DNA from: Mycoplasmoides pneumoniae FH
GTDB taxonomy: Bacteria > Bacillota_I > Bacilli_A > Mycoplasmatales > Mycoplasmoidaceae
Reading direction: 5' to 3'
NCBI RefSeq assembly: GCF_001272835.1
Contig: NZ_CP010546.1
Coordinates: forward strand, 752,809 to 784,808
DNA: 32,000 nucleotides
This document shows, piece after piece, positions 21,330-29,901 of the stretch. The stretch's first letter is position 1. Every line of letters begins with the position of its first letter. The notes beneath the pieces were generated by a model. The model was not told the DNA's origin. It saw only the letters and a list, made by a program, of their open reading frames with translations, and made no database searches. Position numbers and translations under genes: made by a program.

Positions 21330-21740
21330 TTAACGCAATTCAAAGAAAAGCGGGCGGTATTTAAAAAAACAGAAGTAATCACTAAGTTTGGAATTAATTA
21401 CCTCCTTTTCAATGACAACTACAATCTCTAACTTAGGCGTTTCTTCTATTACTTCTGGTTGATTGTCTTCTTCTATGCTTGGTTGTTCAATTAAAAGGCC
21501 AATAAAATTATGAACTTGGCGTTCAATAAAGAAAACAAAGTTGTTTAAAGAACTAAAATCGTTTTTAATACTTCTTCAAGCTTTAATTAACAGATTAAAG
21601 GTATAGTAGTTATTTAATGAGTGGGTGACACGAAAATTAAATAACTTAAATAATGTTTTCGAAAGAAAAACAAGACCGTTAATTAAAAACAAGGAGACTA
21701 GTAAGATAGCTAGTACATTTGCTTTAAATTGGCTTTTCAT
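21330..21740 (-). CDS. hypothetical small membrane protein, 136 aa (absent from the ORF track because of one TGA)
   Basis: Hand translation: MKSQFKANVLAILLVSLFLINGLVFLSKTLFKLF...IKAWRSIKNDF...EQPSIEEDNQPEVIEETPKLEIVVVIEKE...FFELR*. Length is divisible by 3 with a single in-frame TGA. It has an N-terminal TM helix and an acidic centre. Confidence 0.55.
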
Positions 21741-22035
21741 GAAGAAGAAGGTTGGTTAAAATTGAAAGCTTTTTGAACTAAACAAACCCAACAGCTTGAC
21801 TGAAACTAAATTAGTTCTCGTCTAATTGACCATAATTTTAAAACTTTTAATTGTTGCTTATTCCGCTAATAAGCTCGTTTAACTAGCTCGATTCAAATAA
21901 GTAAGATGGCAAAATTAACTAAATTGGCATTAATCAATATTCAACTGTTATTCTAAACTGACTTTTAGCTAAAAAAGTAGATCGATTAAGTTAACTGATT
22001 CTTAATAAAAAAGCTTTCATTTTTCAACCAAAAAT

Positions 22036-22437
22036 TATTTTTCAATTGAATGTCTTAAAAAACGAAAAAATCTTATTTCTTGTTCTGTTCGATCATCGAA
22101 ATGATTTTCAAACTCTTCTCTGTCCGCATTACTTTGACCAATATATTCCCAACTTGATGTTCCATAAAGAATTATTTCTCCGTGTTCCAAATTAAAACTA
22201 TTGTTGCATTTGGTAGTTTTATCGTGATCTTTTCATAAGAAGTTTTTAAAGATTTAACTAGATTTGTATGGCCTGTTTCTGTTTCAATTTCTTCAGACCA
22301 ATTTAAATCTTCGTTAGTATTGTTTTAATCAAACTTTATATCTCTGATTTGACATTGGAACAAGCACTTAAAGCTGTATCGCACAAAATAAATAAAGCTC
22401 CTAGACTTGTTTTAGATAAAACTTTACTCTTACACAT
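22036..22437 (-). pseudogene. remnant of a gamma-type lipoprotein gene (signal peptide plus frameshifted fragments)
   Basis: ATG at 22437 gives [33 protein letters not shown]. Downstream fragments in other frames (TNEDLNWSEEIETETGHTNLVKSLKTSYEK...) resemble the N-terminal region of the genes at 23327 and 27721. Confidence 0.5.
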
Positions 22438-22626
22438 AACGAAGATAGATGAATTAAATGTTGATCCATTTTGCTTTTTTTGGAAAAGACGTGCTTGAAA
22501 ACTTCAAAATCACTTAATTTTTAGGTTTCCTGGTTTGTAATTTTGAAGTAAAAAGCTTTTAAAAATTTTTAAAAAAGTTTTTTATTTAACTAAAAAGTTT
22601 TGAGGAATTAAGTAAATCTTAATAAG

Positions 22627-23037
22627 TTATCTAATTACGTAAACTAAATAACTAAAAAGGTTGATTTTGTAGTCATCAATTTGAAAAGCTCTTGCTCTAC
22701 CAAAAACACTTAATTCAAAAAGTTTTTTGCTAACTTCGTCTTTTCCTTCTAATCTCCAGCTAAATGAAACATAAAAGTCGATTGCTTCTGAATCAGGTTT
22801 AAAGTTTTCTGCTGCAAATGGATGGTTGGGAGAAGCTTTAAAAGTAAAAAAGAGATCAAAATAAAGCTTTTCACCTTTTTTTGGAGCGAAACCTATTGAA
22901 AAATCATTGCCATACCATGTAAAGGTATAGTTCAATTTGGCAACAACTGAAAAATCACTAAGGCTTTGGTAATTCAAATTGAAATACTCAACCTTTTGTT
23001 CGATACTAAAGAAACTAGTGCTTAAGGAAATTTTCAA
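22627..23037 (-). pseudogene. C-terminal body of the same gamma-type lipoprotein gene, displaced into another frame
   Basis: The 136-aa ORF has no ATG start. Its sequence (EQKVEYFNLNYQSLSDFSVVAKLNYTFTW ... KINLFSYLVYVIR*) is collinear with the bodies of the alpha/beta genes. A single indel near 23030-23040 would fuse it to 23022..23327. Confidence 0.65.
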
Positions 23038-23327
23038 TTAGTTCAATTAGTTTCAGAACTCTCTATTTGACCGTTTTCTACACTTTGCTTCCAGGCATTC
23101 AAGAGTACACTAGCTGTTTTGCTAGGGTTAGTTTCGTAAGACTTCTTTAAAGAACTTATTAAATTCTTCTTTCCCTCAGAAGTACTAACTGATTCAGACA
23201 AATCAAGGTCTTGATCGGTGGTTTCCTTAATAAGACTTTTCAAATTAGCTCCAACATTGACGCTAGAACAAGCGCTAAATAATAAAGCTGAAAATAATAA
23301 CGGAGTTGATAGATATTTAAATTTCAT
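23022..23327 (-). CDS. gamma-type lipoprotein, N-terminal part of a split gene, 101 aa in code 4
   Basis: [20 protein letters not shown] is a signal peptide plus lipobox. The TGA at 23043-23045 reads through to TAA at 23022-23024. Confidence 0.7.
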
Positions 23328-23912
23328 TAGAGGACTGAATAAACCAGATATAGCAGTAAATTTACTTTGTAATCAAAGTAAATTTTATCTACCAATTTTC
23401 CAATAGAACCATTATCTAAAAGTTTTTTGGTTATTTCATCCTTAGGAAAAACTTCTAGTCTCATTGTTGTTTAAAAATCAATGGAATATCACAAATTCCC
23501 TAATTTATTATCAGAGTTTTTAACAATACTTGTCTCTAGAATTGGTTTGTTTTTAAATGGTTTGTATGTGTAAATAAGATCAAAATTAAGCAAGTAGTTG
23601 CCAAAGCCCGACATTATTAACCCTCCTTGATTTGGTTTTTGATTAATATCAGCATTAAAAGTTGTGTTCATTTTAACAACAACCTTAAAATCATTTTTAT
23701 TGTTTGCCTGAATGTCAAACAATTCAACTTTTTCGCTAATTGTTATTGATTTCTTGTGGAATTAAATGAATGGATTGATAAAAAAGGTTAAACATTACTT
23801 CTACCTTCTTCTCTCATAAGACTATTAAATCATTTGGAATAATACCAGTACCACAGGTGCTAAACAATAAAACTGCTGATAAAAATGGAACTGAAAGGTA
23901 CTTAAATTTAAT
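23327..23912 (-). pseudogene. heavily decayed gamma-type lipoprotein gene
   Basis: The start codon position reads ATT (IKFKYLSVPFLSAVLLFSTCG). There are several frameshifts, and ORF 23489..23722 is an internal piece. The tail reads ...[15 protein letters not shown], and its TAA overlaps the ATG at 23327. Confidence 0.6.
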
Positions 23913-24002
23913 TCCTTAATTCTGCTTTTTTTGCAAAAAGACCTTTTGACACCTTAAGCAAAGAATAAAAGTTTTATTCTTAAGATAAGGACTAAACCAA
24001 AA

Positions 24003-24173
24003 ATGAGAAAGAAATTAGCAAAAGTAAAAGTTCACATTCAGTCTTTGGATTCATTGCTTTCATCAATGACGATGCCGATTATTGGCATCTTTATTGCTTG
24101 GGGACTTTTAGCTTCTTTTTTTATTCCATCTGGTTGAACACCTGATAAAAACCTAGCTTTAATGGTGGAATAG
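24003..24173 (+). pseudogene. mtlA: 5' fragment of mtlA (PTS mannitol EIIC N-terminus), stops at TAG 24171-24173
   Basis: MRKKLAKVKVHIQSLDSLLSSMTMPIIGIFIAWGLLASFFIPSGWTPDKNLALMVE* aligns with the N-terminus of E. coli MtlA as I remember it (...[26 protein letters not shown]...). Confidence 0.75.
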
Positions 24174-24326
24174 GAATCCAATATGTGATTCCGACCATAA
24201 TTGTTTTTTTGGTGGTAAAAAGATTTTGAAATACGTGGTGGTGTGATTGCTGTCATTATTGCCATTGCTGTAATAGCTGCTGGTCAAACCGAAGCATTTA
24301 CAAAAATTGTTGGTCAAAAATCAGTA

Positions 24327-25466
24327 ATGTTTTTATGTGTGATGATATTCGTCCCAATTGCAGCGCTAATCTTAAAACACACTGAAAAGTTTTGAATTCA
24401 CCGTATTAAAAGTGGCTTTGAAATGCTGGTAAATAATTTTTACCTTGGCTTTTTAGGTTTCGCCTTAATATTTCCTAGTTTTTACCTATCAATTTACTTA
24501 ATTGGTTACATTCAATTAGGTTTAAAACTGCTTGTTGAAATAATGCAACAGTACAAACTTTATCCAATAGCTGCCATTGTGATAGAGCCGGCCAAAGTTT
24601 TATTCCTAAATAATGCCATTAACCATGGCGTGCTAACTCCATTAGGCTTACAACAAGTAAGAGACAGTGGTAAATCAATTCTTTTCTTATTGGAATCAAA
24701 TCCTGGTCCAGGTTTGGGTCTCCTTGTTGCTTTCTTAATCTTTTTCTTTAAACGTGATAAAAAGCTTTCTAGTAATGCGGCATCTTCTGGTCCTATTCAC
24801 CTCTTTGGTGGTATCCATGAAGTTTACTTTCCGTTTGTGCTATTAAAACCTGTGTTAATTCTGGCCACAATTGCTGGTGGTGTTGTGGGAAACGGCATTT
24901 TGCAAATATTTAATGCTGGGACAATTGCACCAGTGTCACCTGGTTCTGTTATTGCTGGTTTTCTCCAAATTAATAAAACACCTTTAGATGTAGCTGGTTA
25001 TGCTTTGGCACTCGTTTTATCAGCTGTAACTTCGTTGTTAATTTCGCTTTTATTACTTTCTTTAACACGTAAAAAACAATTGAAAACACTGCAAGAAGCG
25101 CAAGCACAAGTTGCAGAAATGAAGCAAACGCCTGCAAAAAAACCAAGACAAAAAGATACTCCAGCAATTGCTACAAAGATAGACTTTTCCCAAGTTACCT
25201 TTGTTTGCGATGCAGGTATGGGTTCTTCTACTATGGGAGCAGCTATATTTAGAAAAGAACTAAAAAATCAAAATATTGAAGACATTACAGTGATTAATAA
25301 AGCAATAGTTGATTTAAAAGATGAAAAGGTAATTATTACCATTTCCCAACTTTATGATCGCGTAAAAGCGAAGCGTGCAGACGCTACGATTTATACCATC
25401 AATCAGTTCTTAGATAAACAAGGCTATTTAACTATTATTGAAAAGATTAAAAATGAAAAGAATTAA
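24327..25466 (+). CDS. mtlA: PTS mannitol-specific EIICB component, main ORF lacking its native N-terminus
   Basis: The frame is open from 24219, with the first ATG at 24327. The track ORF 24423..25466 starts after the TGA at 24393. Motifs: KSGFEMLVNNF, EPAKVLFLNNAINHG, NPGPGLG, GGIHEVYFP, and the EIIB Cys site VCDAGMGSS. Confidence 0.85.
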
Positions 25467-26547
25467 TGTATTGCACTTTGGCGCTGGTAATATAGGTAGA
25501 GGTGTTATATTACCGATTTACCAACAAAATGACTTTTCCATTGATTTAGTGGAATTGAATCAAAATACAGTTAATGAGTTACAAAAGCAAAAACAATACC
25601 AAGTTCATTACCTTGATTGTGATCAAAGTCAGTTAGTTAATGACTTTAATACTTGAAACTTAAAGGATGAAGCGAAGATTATTGAACTAATGGAAAGAGC
25701 TGATGTTATTTCCACTTCAATAGGTGCTAAAAACTTAGCTAGTTTAAAAACTTTGTTTGACAAAGCTAAGTTCCATAAAAGGGCTATAGTGCTTTGCTTT
25801 GAAAACGGCTTTCGGATTAGTTCTAACTTTAAAAACATTTTGCAATTAAATAACACACAAGTAAATTTTGTGGATGTGGTAATCGATACAATTGCACCTA
25901 ACTTCGAAAAGAAAGCGAATTTCTTGGATATTTATTGCGAGAAGTATTCAGAAATTTATGCTGAAACTTTCCCGCTAGAAATTAAGGGAGTAAATCAAAC
26001 GAATAGTTTAGATAGATTCATTATTAAAAAACTTTTATTAGTCAATGCACTGCACAGTGTTATTGGACTTTTAGGCTTTCAACAAAAGCTTAAGTATGTA
26101 CATGAAACATTGCAAGTTAAAAGTAATTTGACTTTTGTAGAAAAATTAGCCCAACAAATTATTGATGCCCTTTGTGCTGAATATCCTGAATTTAATAAAA
26201 ATAATTTGTTAAGTTATGGCAAAAATAACTTAGTCCGTTTTGCTAATCCCAAGATTCAAGATTTAAACACACGCTTAATTAGGGAACCATTACGTAAACT
26301 TAACCAAAATGAACGCTTTTATGCCATTTATAAACTCTTTAAAAAGAATAAGATTGCACTAAATAATATTTTGCAAGTTTATCTGATGGTTTTAAAAACT
26401 AATATAACAGATGATACCGAAAGCCAACAAATTGCTAAATTAATAAATGAAAAAGCTTGAACAGAGTTAGCGAAATTATCCAGTTTAGAAGAGTCAGAAT
26501 GAAACCTAATTAAACAAGAATTAAGCCGTGAAATTACTAAAAAATAA
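25453..26547 (+). CDS. mtlD: mannitol-1-phosphate 5-dehydrogenase, 364 aa
   Basis: ATG at 25453 (MKRINVLHFGAGNIGRG). ORFs 25438..25656 and 25690..26460 are in the same frame, and two further TGA extend it to TAA at 26545-26547. Overlaps the mtlA 3' end. Confidence 0.9.
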
Positions 26548-26959
26548 CATTTACATTAACGTTTATTTAAAAAACAAACAAGAAATTTTTGAATTTGTTT
26601 TTAAAAAGTTTAAAGAAGATGGTGCTGTACTAGATAGTTTTTTACCAGCAATTGTGGAACGCGATAAAGCAGCTAGTGTAGCAATTGGTAATTACCTCTT
26701 TTTACCCCACCCAGTTTATGACGAAATAGCAAACATTCAAAAAGAAAAAATGGTGTTTATTGGTTTAAAAGATGTAATTAACATTGATGGTCAACCAATT
26801 AAATTTATCTGTGGTTTAGCCTTAAAAGGTGAGCACCAAATGGATGCGTTGCAATCTTTAGCAATAGCTTTTTCAGACCCTGAAGAAGTGGAAAAGTTAG
26901 TTAAAGATAAGGATTTAACACAAGATAAGGTACTTGAATTTTTAGCAAAACACAACTAA
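26528..26959 (+). CDS. mtlF: PTS mannitol-specific EIIA component, 143 aa
   Basis: PTS EIIA type-2 pattern with GNYLFLPHP (phospho-His). GTG start at 26528 as in the track. The exact start is uncertain. Confidence 0.8.
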   Translation: MKLLKNNIYINVYLKNKQEIFEFVFKKFKEDGAVLDSFLPAIVERDKAASVAIGNYLFLPHPVYDEIANIQKEKMVFIGLKDVINIDGQPIKFICGLALKGEHQMDALQSLAIAFSDPEEVEKLVKDKDLTQDKVLEFLAKHN

Positions 26960-26971
26960 GCAGTCACAATA

Positions 26972-27331
26972 TTACTTAATTAAAAATAGTAAGTAACTAA
27001 ATAAATTAACTTGCTTTTCGTCAGTTTTGTAACTAATATAGTCATTTAAAAAATTTTATCCAGATTTTTTTGGCTAAGTTCATCTTGTCCTTTTAATGAT
27101 CAGCTAAGTGAAACTTTAAGCTAAATTCATTCTGTTACTATTTTTTCAGCTTTTAATTCTTCATTTTTAACGATGAAGTTTTCTGCTGTAAATTGTTTTT
27201 TTGATTAGGTTTAATAGTAAGGGAAAGATCGAAAGAATACTCTTATCACCATTCTTGGCAGTGAAGCCATTATTGGAATACTGTCCATGCCAATTAAAGG
27301 TATAGATCAACTTAGCACTAATTGAAAAATT
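26972..27331 (-). pseudogene. multiply frameshifted body and tail of the gamma-type lipoprotein gene starting at 27721
   Basis: Fragments in different frames: [42 protein letters not shown], and the tail KQVNLFSYLLFLIK*. They are collinear with 22627..23037. Confidence 0.6.
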
Positions 27332-27721
27332 TTAATACTTCGATATTCAATGTCGAAACGCTCTACCTTTCGCTCCATTTTTAAAAGGATCTTTTTCTGT
27401 TGGATTAGTTACTTGGTCAAAATCAAGATCCGCAATGCCTAATTTGCCCTCTTCTGAGCTTTGTTTTCATGCGTCTAACAATAGCTTTGTTGTATCTTTT
27501 GGATTAACTTCATAAGATTTCTTTAAAGAATTTATGAGGTTTTGCCTACCTTCCGGAATTTTAATTGCTTTAGACAAATCAAAATCTTTGCCAGTTGTTT
27601 CTTTAAGAAGATTCCTAAGATTGGCTTGGATCCATGTGCAAGCACTTAATATTGTTCCACATAACAAAAACAAAGAACCGAAGGAAATCCTTGACAAAAG
27701 TTTCTTTTTACGCATTAACAT
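27332..27721 (-). CDS. gamma-type lipoprotein, truncated N-terminal ORF, 129 aa in code 4
   Basis: [28 protein letters not shown] is a signal peptide plus lipobox. The TGA at 27467-27469 reads through to TAA at 27332-27334. Confidence 0.7.
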
Positions 27722-27840
27722 AAAAAATAATGCATGATTTTGCTTTTTTGGAAAAGCCTTTTTAAGAAGAGGAAATTAATTGAAATTTCTGTTTAAACGT
27801 TATTTAAAAAATGAACTTTTTAAATTAGAAAAGCTATCTT

Positions 27841-27936
27841 TGTTGGTATTTTTATTCATCTAAAAAATACTCAAAAACTTTTTGCAAGTTTTGTTAGCAC
27901 TTTTTCTCTACTCATGCAATTCATTAGTTAGAAGGG
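27841..27936 (+). repeat. copy 1 of a ~95-nt upstream leader repeat
   Basis: TGTTGGTATTTTTATTCATCTAAAA...TTTTGCAAGTTTTGTTAGCACTTTTT is about 80% identical to 28650..28742. It lies ~60 nt upstream of the ATG at 27998. Confidence 0.7.
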
Positions 27937-27997
27937 TGACAAGTGGTTTTTTTAGCTTGATCAGTGTGTTGCCTAACTTTATTTACTTAAATTACCA

Positions 27998-28612
27998 ATG
28001 AGCAACAATAATAAATATTTCACTATAACTAAAAAACAGTACAAAAAAATGCGCCGCAATAAAATTGAACTTCTTTTTAATGTGAAAGTCCTAAAAAAGA
28101 AAAACGGTCGGCAAAAGTTCAAAATACTGCATGAAGTTGAGAATAAGCCAAAAATACCAATTAAAATAATTGAAGATCAACCGGAGTCGCCAAAGCCACC
28201 TAAAACTCCTAAACCCCCTAAACCGCCTAAAGGTCCTGACAATCCTGAGGAGCCGGATTCTCCAGAAGAACCCAAAGAAACAGATCAACCAGGTGGTCCC
28301 GATAATCCTAATGCAGGAAATAAAAAGATGCCAACACCTGAAGAATACGTAACTCGTAAAGAATTCAACGAATTCAAAGATTCAAACAATCAACGACTTA
28401 CAAAGATTGAAAATAAGGTTGATAAGTTAGAAGTCAAAGTCGACAAATTAGCTGAAATTGTTCAAACTCAGGGCGAAGAAATCAAAGAACTGAAAGTGGA
28501 GCAAAAAGCCCAGGGTGAAACCCTACAGCTAATTTTGAAAACACTGCAAAAGATGAACGATCGTCTGGACAGAATGGAAACTCGCTTAGACAAGATCGAT
28601 TCGCCCAAATAG
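27998..28612 (+). CDS. proline-rich / coiled-coil protein, DUF16 (UPF0134)-like, 204 aa
   Basis: Basic N-terminus, then a [28 protein letters not shown] tract. The C-terminal heptad-rich segment is [31 protein letters not shown]...[13 protein letters not shown]. Family assignment is from memory. Confidence 0.7.
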   Translation: MSNNNKYFTITKKQYKKMRRNKIELLFNVKVLKKKNGRQKFKILHEVENKPKIPIKIIEDQPESPKPPKTPKPPKPPKGPDNPEEPDSPEEPKETDQPGGPDNPNAGNKKMPTPEEYVTRKEFNEFKDSNNQRLTKIENKVDKLEVKVDKLAEIVQTQGEEIKELKVEQKAQGETLQLILKTLQKMNDRLDRMETRLDKIDSPK

Positions 28613-28649
28613 CTTTAGGCTAAAAAGAAGATACCAATGGCTAAAACGC

Positions 28650-28742
28650 TGTTGGCATTTTTATTCATCTAAAACTGCCCAAAAAATTTTTTGCAATTTT
28701 GTTGGCACTTTTTAATTGCTATTTCAATTTATTTAGTGGAGG
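28650..28742 (+). repeat. copy 2 of the ~95-nt upstream leader repeat
   Basis: TGTTGGCATTTTTATTCATCTAAAA...TTTTGCAATTTTGTTGGCACTTTTT. It lies ~55 nt upstream of the ATG at 28798. Confidence 0.7.
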
Positions 28743-28797
28743 AGCAAAATGCAATTTTTTTGATTTTCTAGAATCCTCTAGAAAGGAGGTGTTAATT

Positions 28798-29046
28798 ATG
28801 AAATATAAAAAGATAGGTGATATTAAATCTAAAGGATTTTTCGAATCTAAAGAAGAATATAAGGAACTTTTAAAAAAATGTGAACTAATTTCTTTTGAAG
28901 CTTTTTCTGAAAAATTACCTAATGGTGATTATGAAGTGACTAAGAAACTTAAGCTTGTAGAAAAAGGTCCAAATTGAAAAAGAAAAACATACAAACAATC
29001 TTTAGAGAATGAAAAAATCTTAAAGTGGCTTATAGAGCACGACTAA
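28798..29046 (+). CDS. hypothetical small basic protein, 82 aa
   Basis: ATG at 28798 is preceded by AGGAGG (28784-28789). The TGA at 28975-28977 reads through to TAA at 29044-29046. The upstream part of track ORF 28699.. is probably not translated. Confidence 0.55.
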
Positions 29047-29050
29047 CAAT

Positions 29051-29084
29051 AAAAGCAAGCCAAAATCGGCTTGCTTTTATTTTG
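29051..29084. terminator. bidirectional rho-independent terminator between convergent genes
   Basis: Perfect 11-bp stem AAAAGCAAGCC (29051-29061) / GGCTTGCTTTT (29068-29078) with a 6-nt loop. T-rich tracts follow it on both strands. Confidence 0.75.
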
Positions 29085-29085
29085 T

Positions 29086-29901
29086 CTAATCTAACTCAAA
29101 ACTCAGTTTACCGTACTTCCCGTTTATCAGTTCACTAACAAACAGTTCGCACGCTAAATTAATGTTGAGCTGATTCGATTTTTGCAACAACTTACGACTG
29201 ATAGCAAATTTATGTAAAAACTCAGTGAAGTCTGTACCTTCATATGGTAACAATTGCGGATAATGTTTGCTTAAATAACAAAAAGCAAACGCACCTACAT
29301 CTTCCAAAGGGACTACTTCCCTTTTAATAACGTTAGTTAAAACTAACTTGTAACCAACAGCCATTTCATCAATTCGTTTAAAGAAGACTCCTGGGGTATC
29401 GCTCAAATAAAACTCCGAACTTATTTGGTTTCAACTCATTGACTTGGTAACCCCAGCCCGATTAGCTACCTGTAAGTGATTTTTATTTAGTAACAAGTTA
29501 ATTAAACTGGATTTACCAACGTTGGGCATTCCAATAACCGCTAACCGAAACTGGTGCACTAATAAACCTTTGGCTTTTAACTGATTCTTTTTTGCTTGAA
29601 ACAAAGTTTGCAGTTTCTTAATAACTAAGCGTTTAAGTTGCAAACCTTGCTTTAAGGTTCCCCATAAAATATTGGAGTTAGCCACTGTTTGTGCTAAATC
29701 AGCCTTTAAAGCTAAAGTGAGTTTCGGTTTATTGGTAAAGTAAGCCGTAATTTCGGGGTTTTGGGTTAACGTTGGTGCACGCGCATCAACTACCTCAATT
29801 ACACCATCTAAACTACTAGCTAGTTTTTTGAGTTGGTCATGGGTCTTCTTCATGTGACCCGGAAACCAGTTAATCTTGACTGCAGAGGTAAATGTATCCA
29901 T
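29086..29901 (-). CDS. rbgA: ribosome biogenesis GTPase A (YlqF/RbgA, circularly permuted GTPase), 271 aa
   Basis: ORFs 29431..29901 and 29086..29406 are in the same frame, joined by TGA at 29431-29433. Permuted motif order: DARAP, LKADL (G4), GMPNVGKSSLIN (G1), DTPG (G3). Confidence 0.82.

Noticed and set aside
24038-24265. Minus-strand ORF 24038..24265 (75 aa)
   Set aside because: It is antisense to the mtlA N-terminal region, whose three frames together reproduce the MtlA N-terminus.
25438-25452. TTG at 25438 as the mtlD start (MKRLKMKRINV...)
   Set aside because: The ATG at 25453 gives the canonical MKRINVLHFGAGNIGRG N-terminus. The TTG extension lies inside mtlA coding sequence.
28091-28352. 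ORFs 28091..28288 (-) and 28170..28352 (+) within the proline-rich region
   Set aside because: They are alternate-frame artefacts of the CCN/AAR repeat in the DUF16-like gene. The 27998..28612 frame is the only one running through into the coiled-coil domain.
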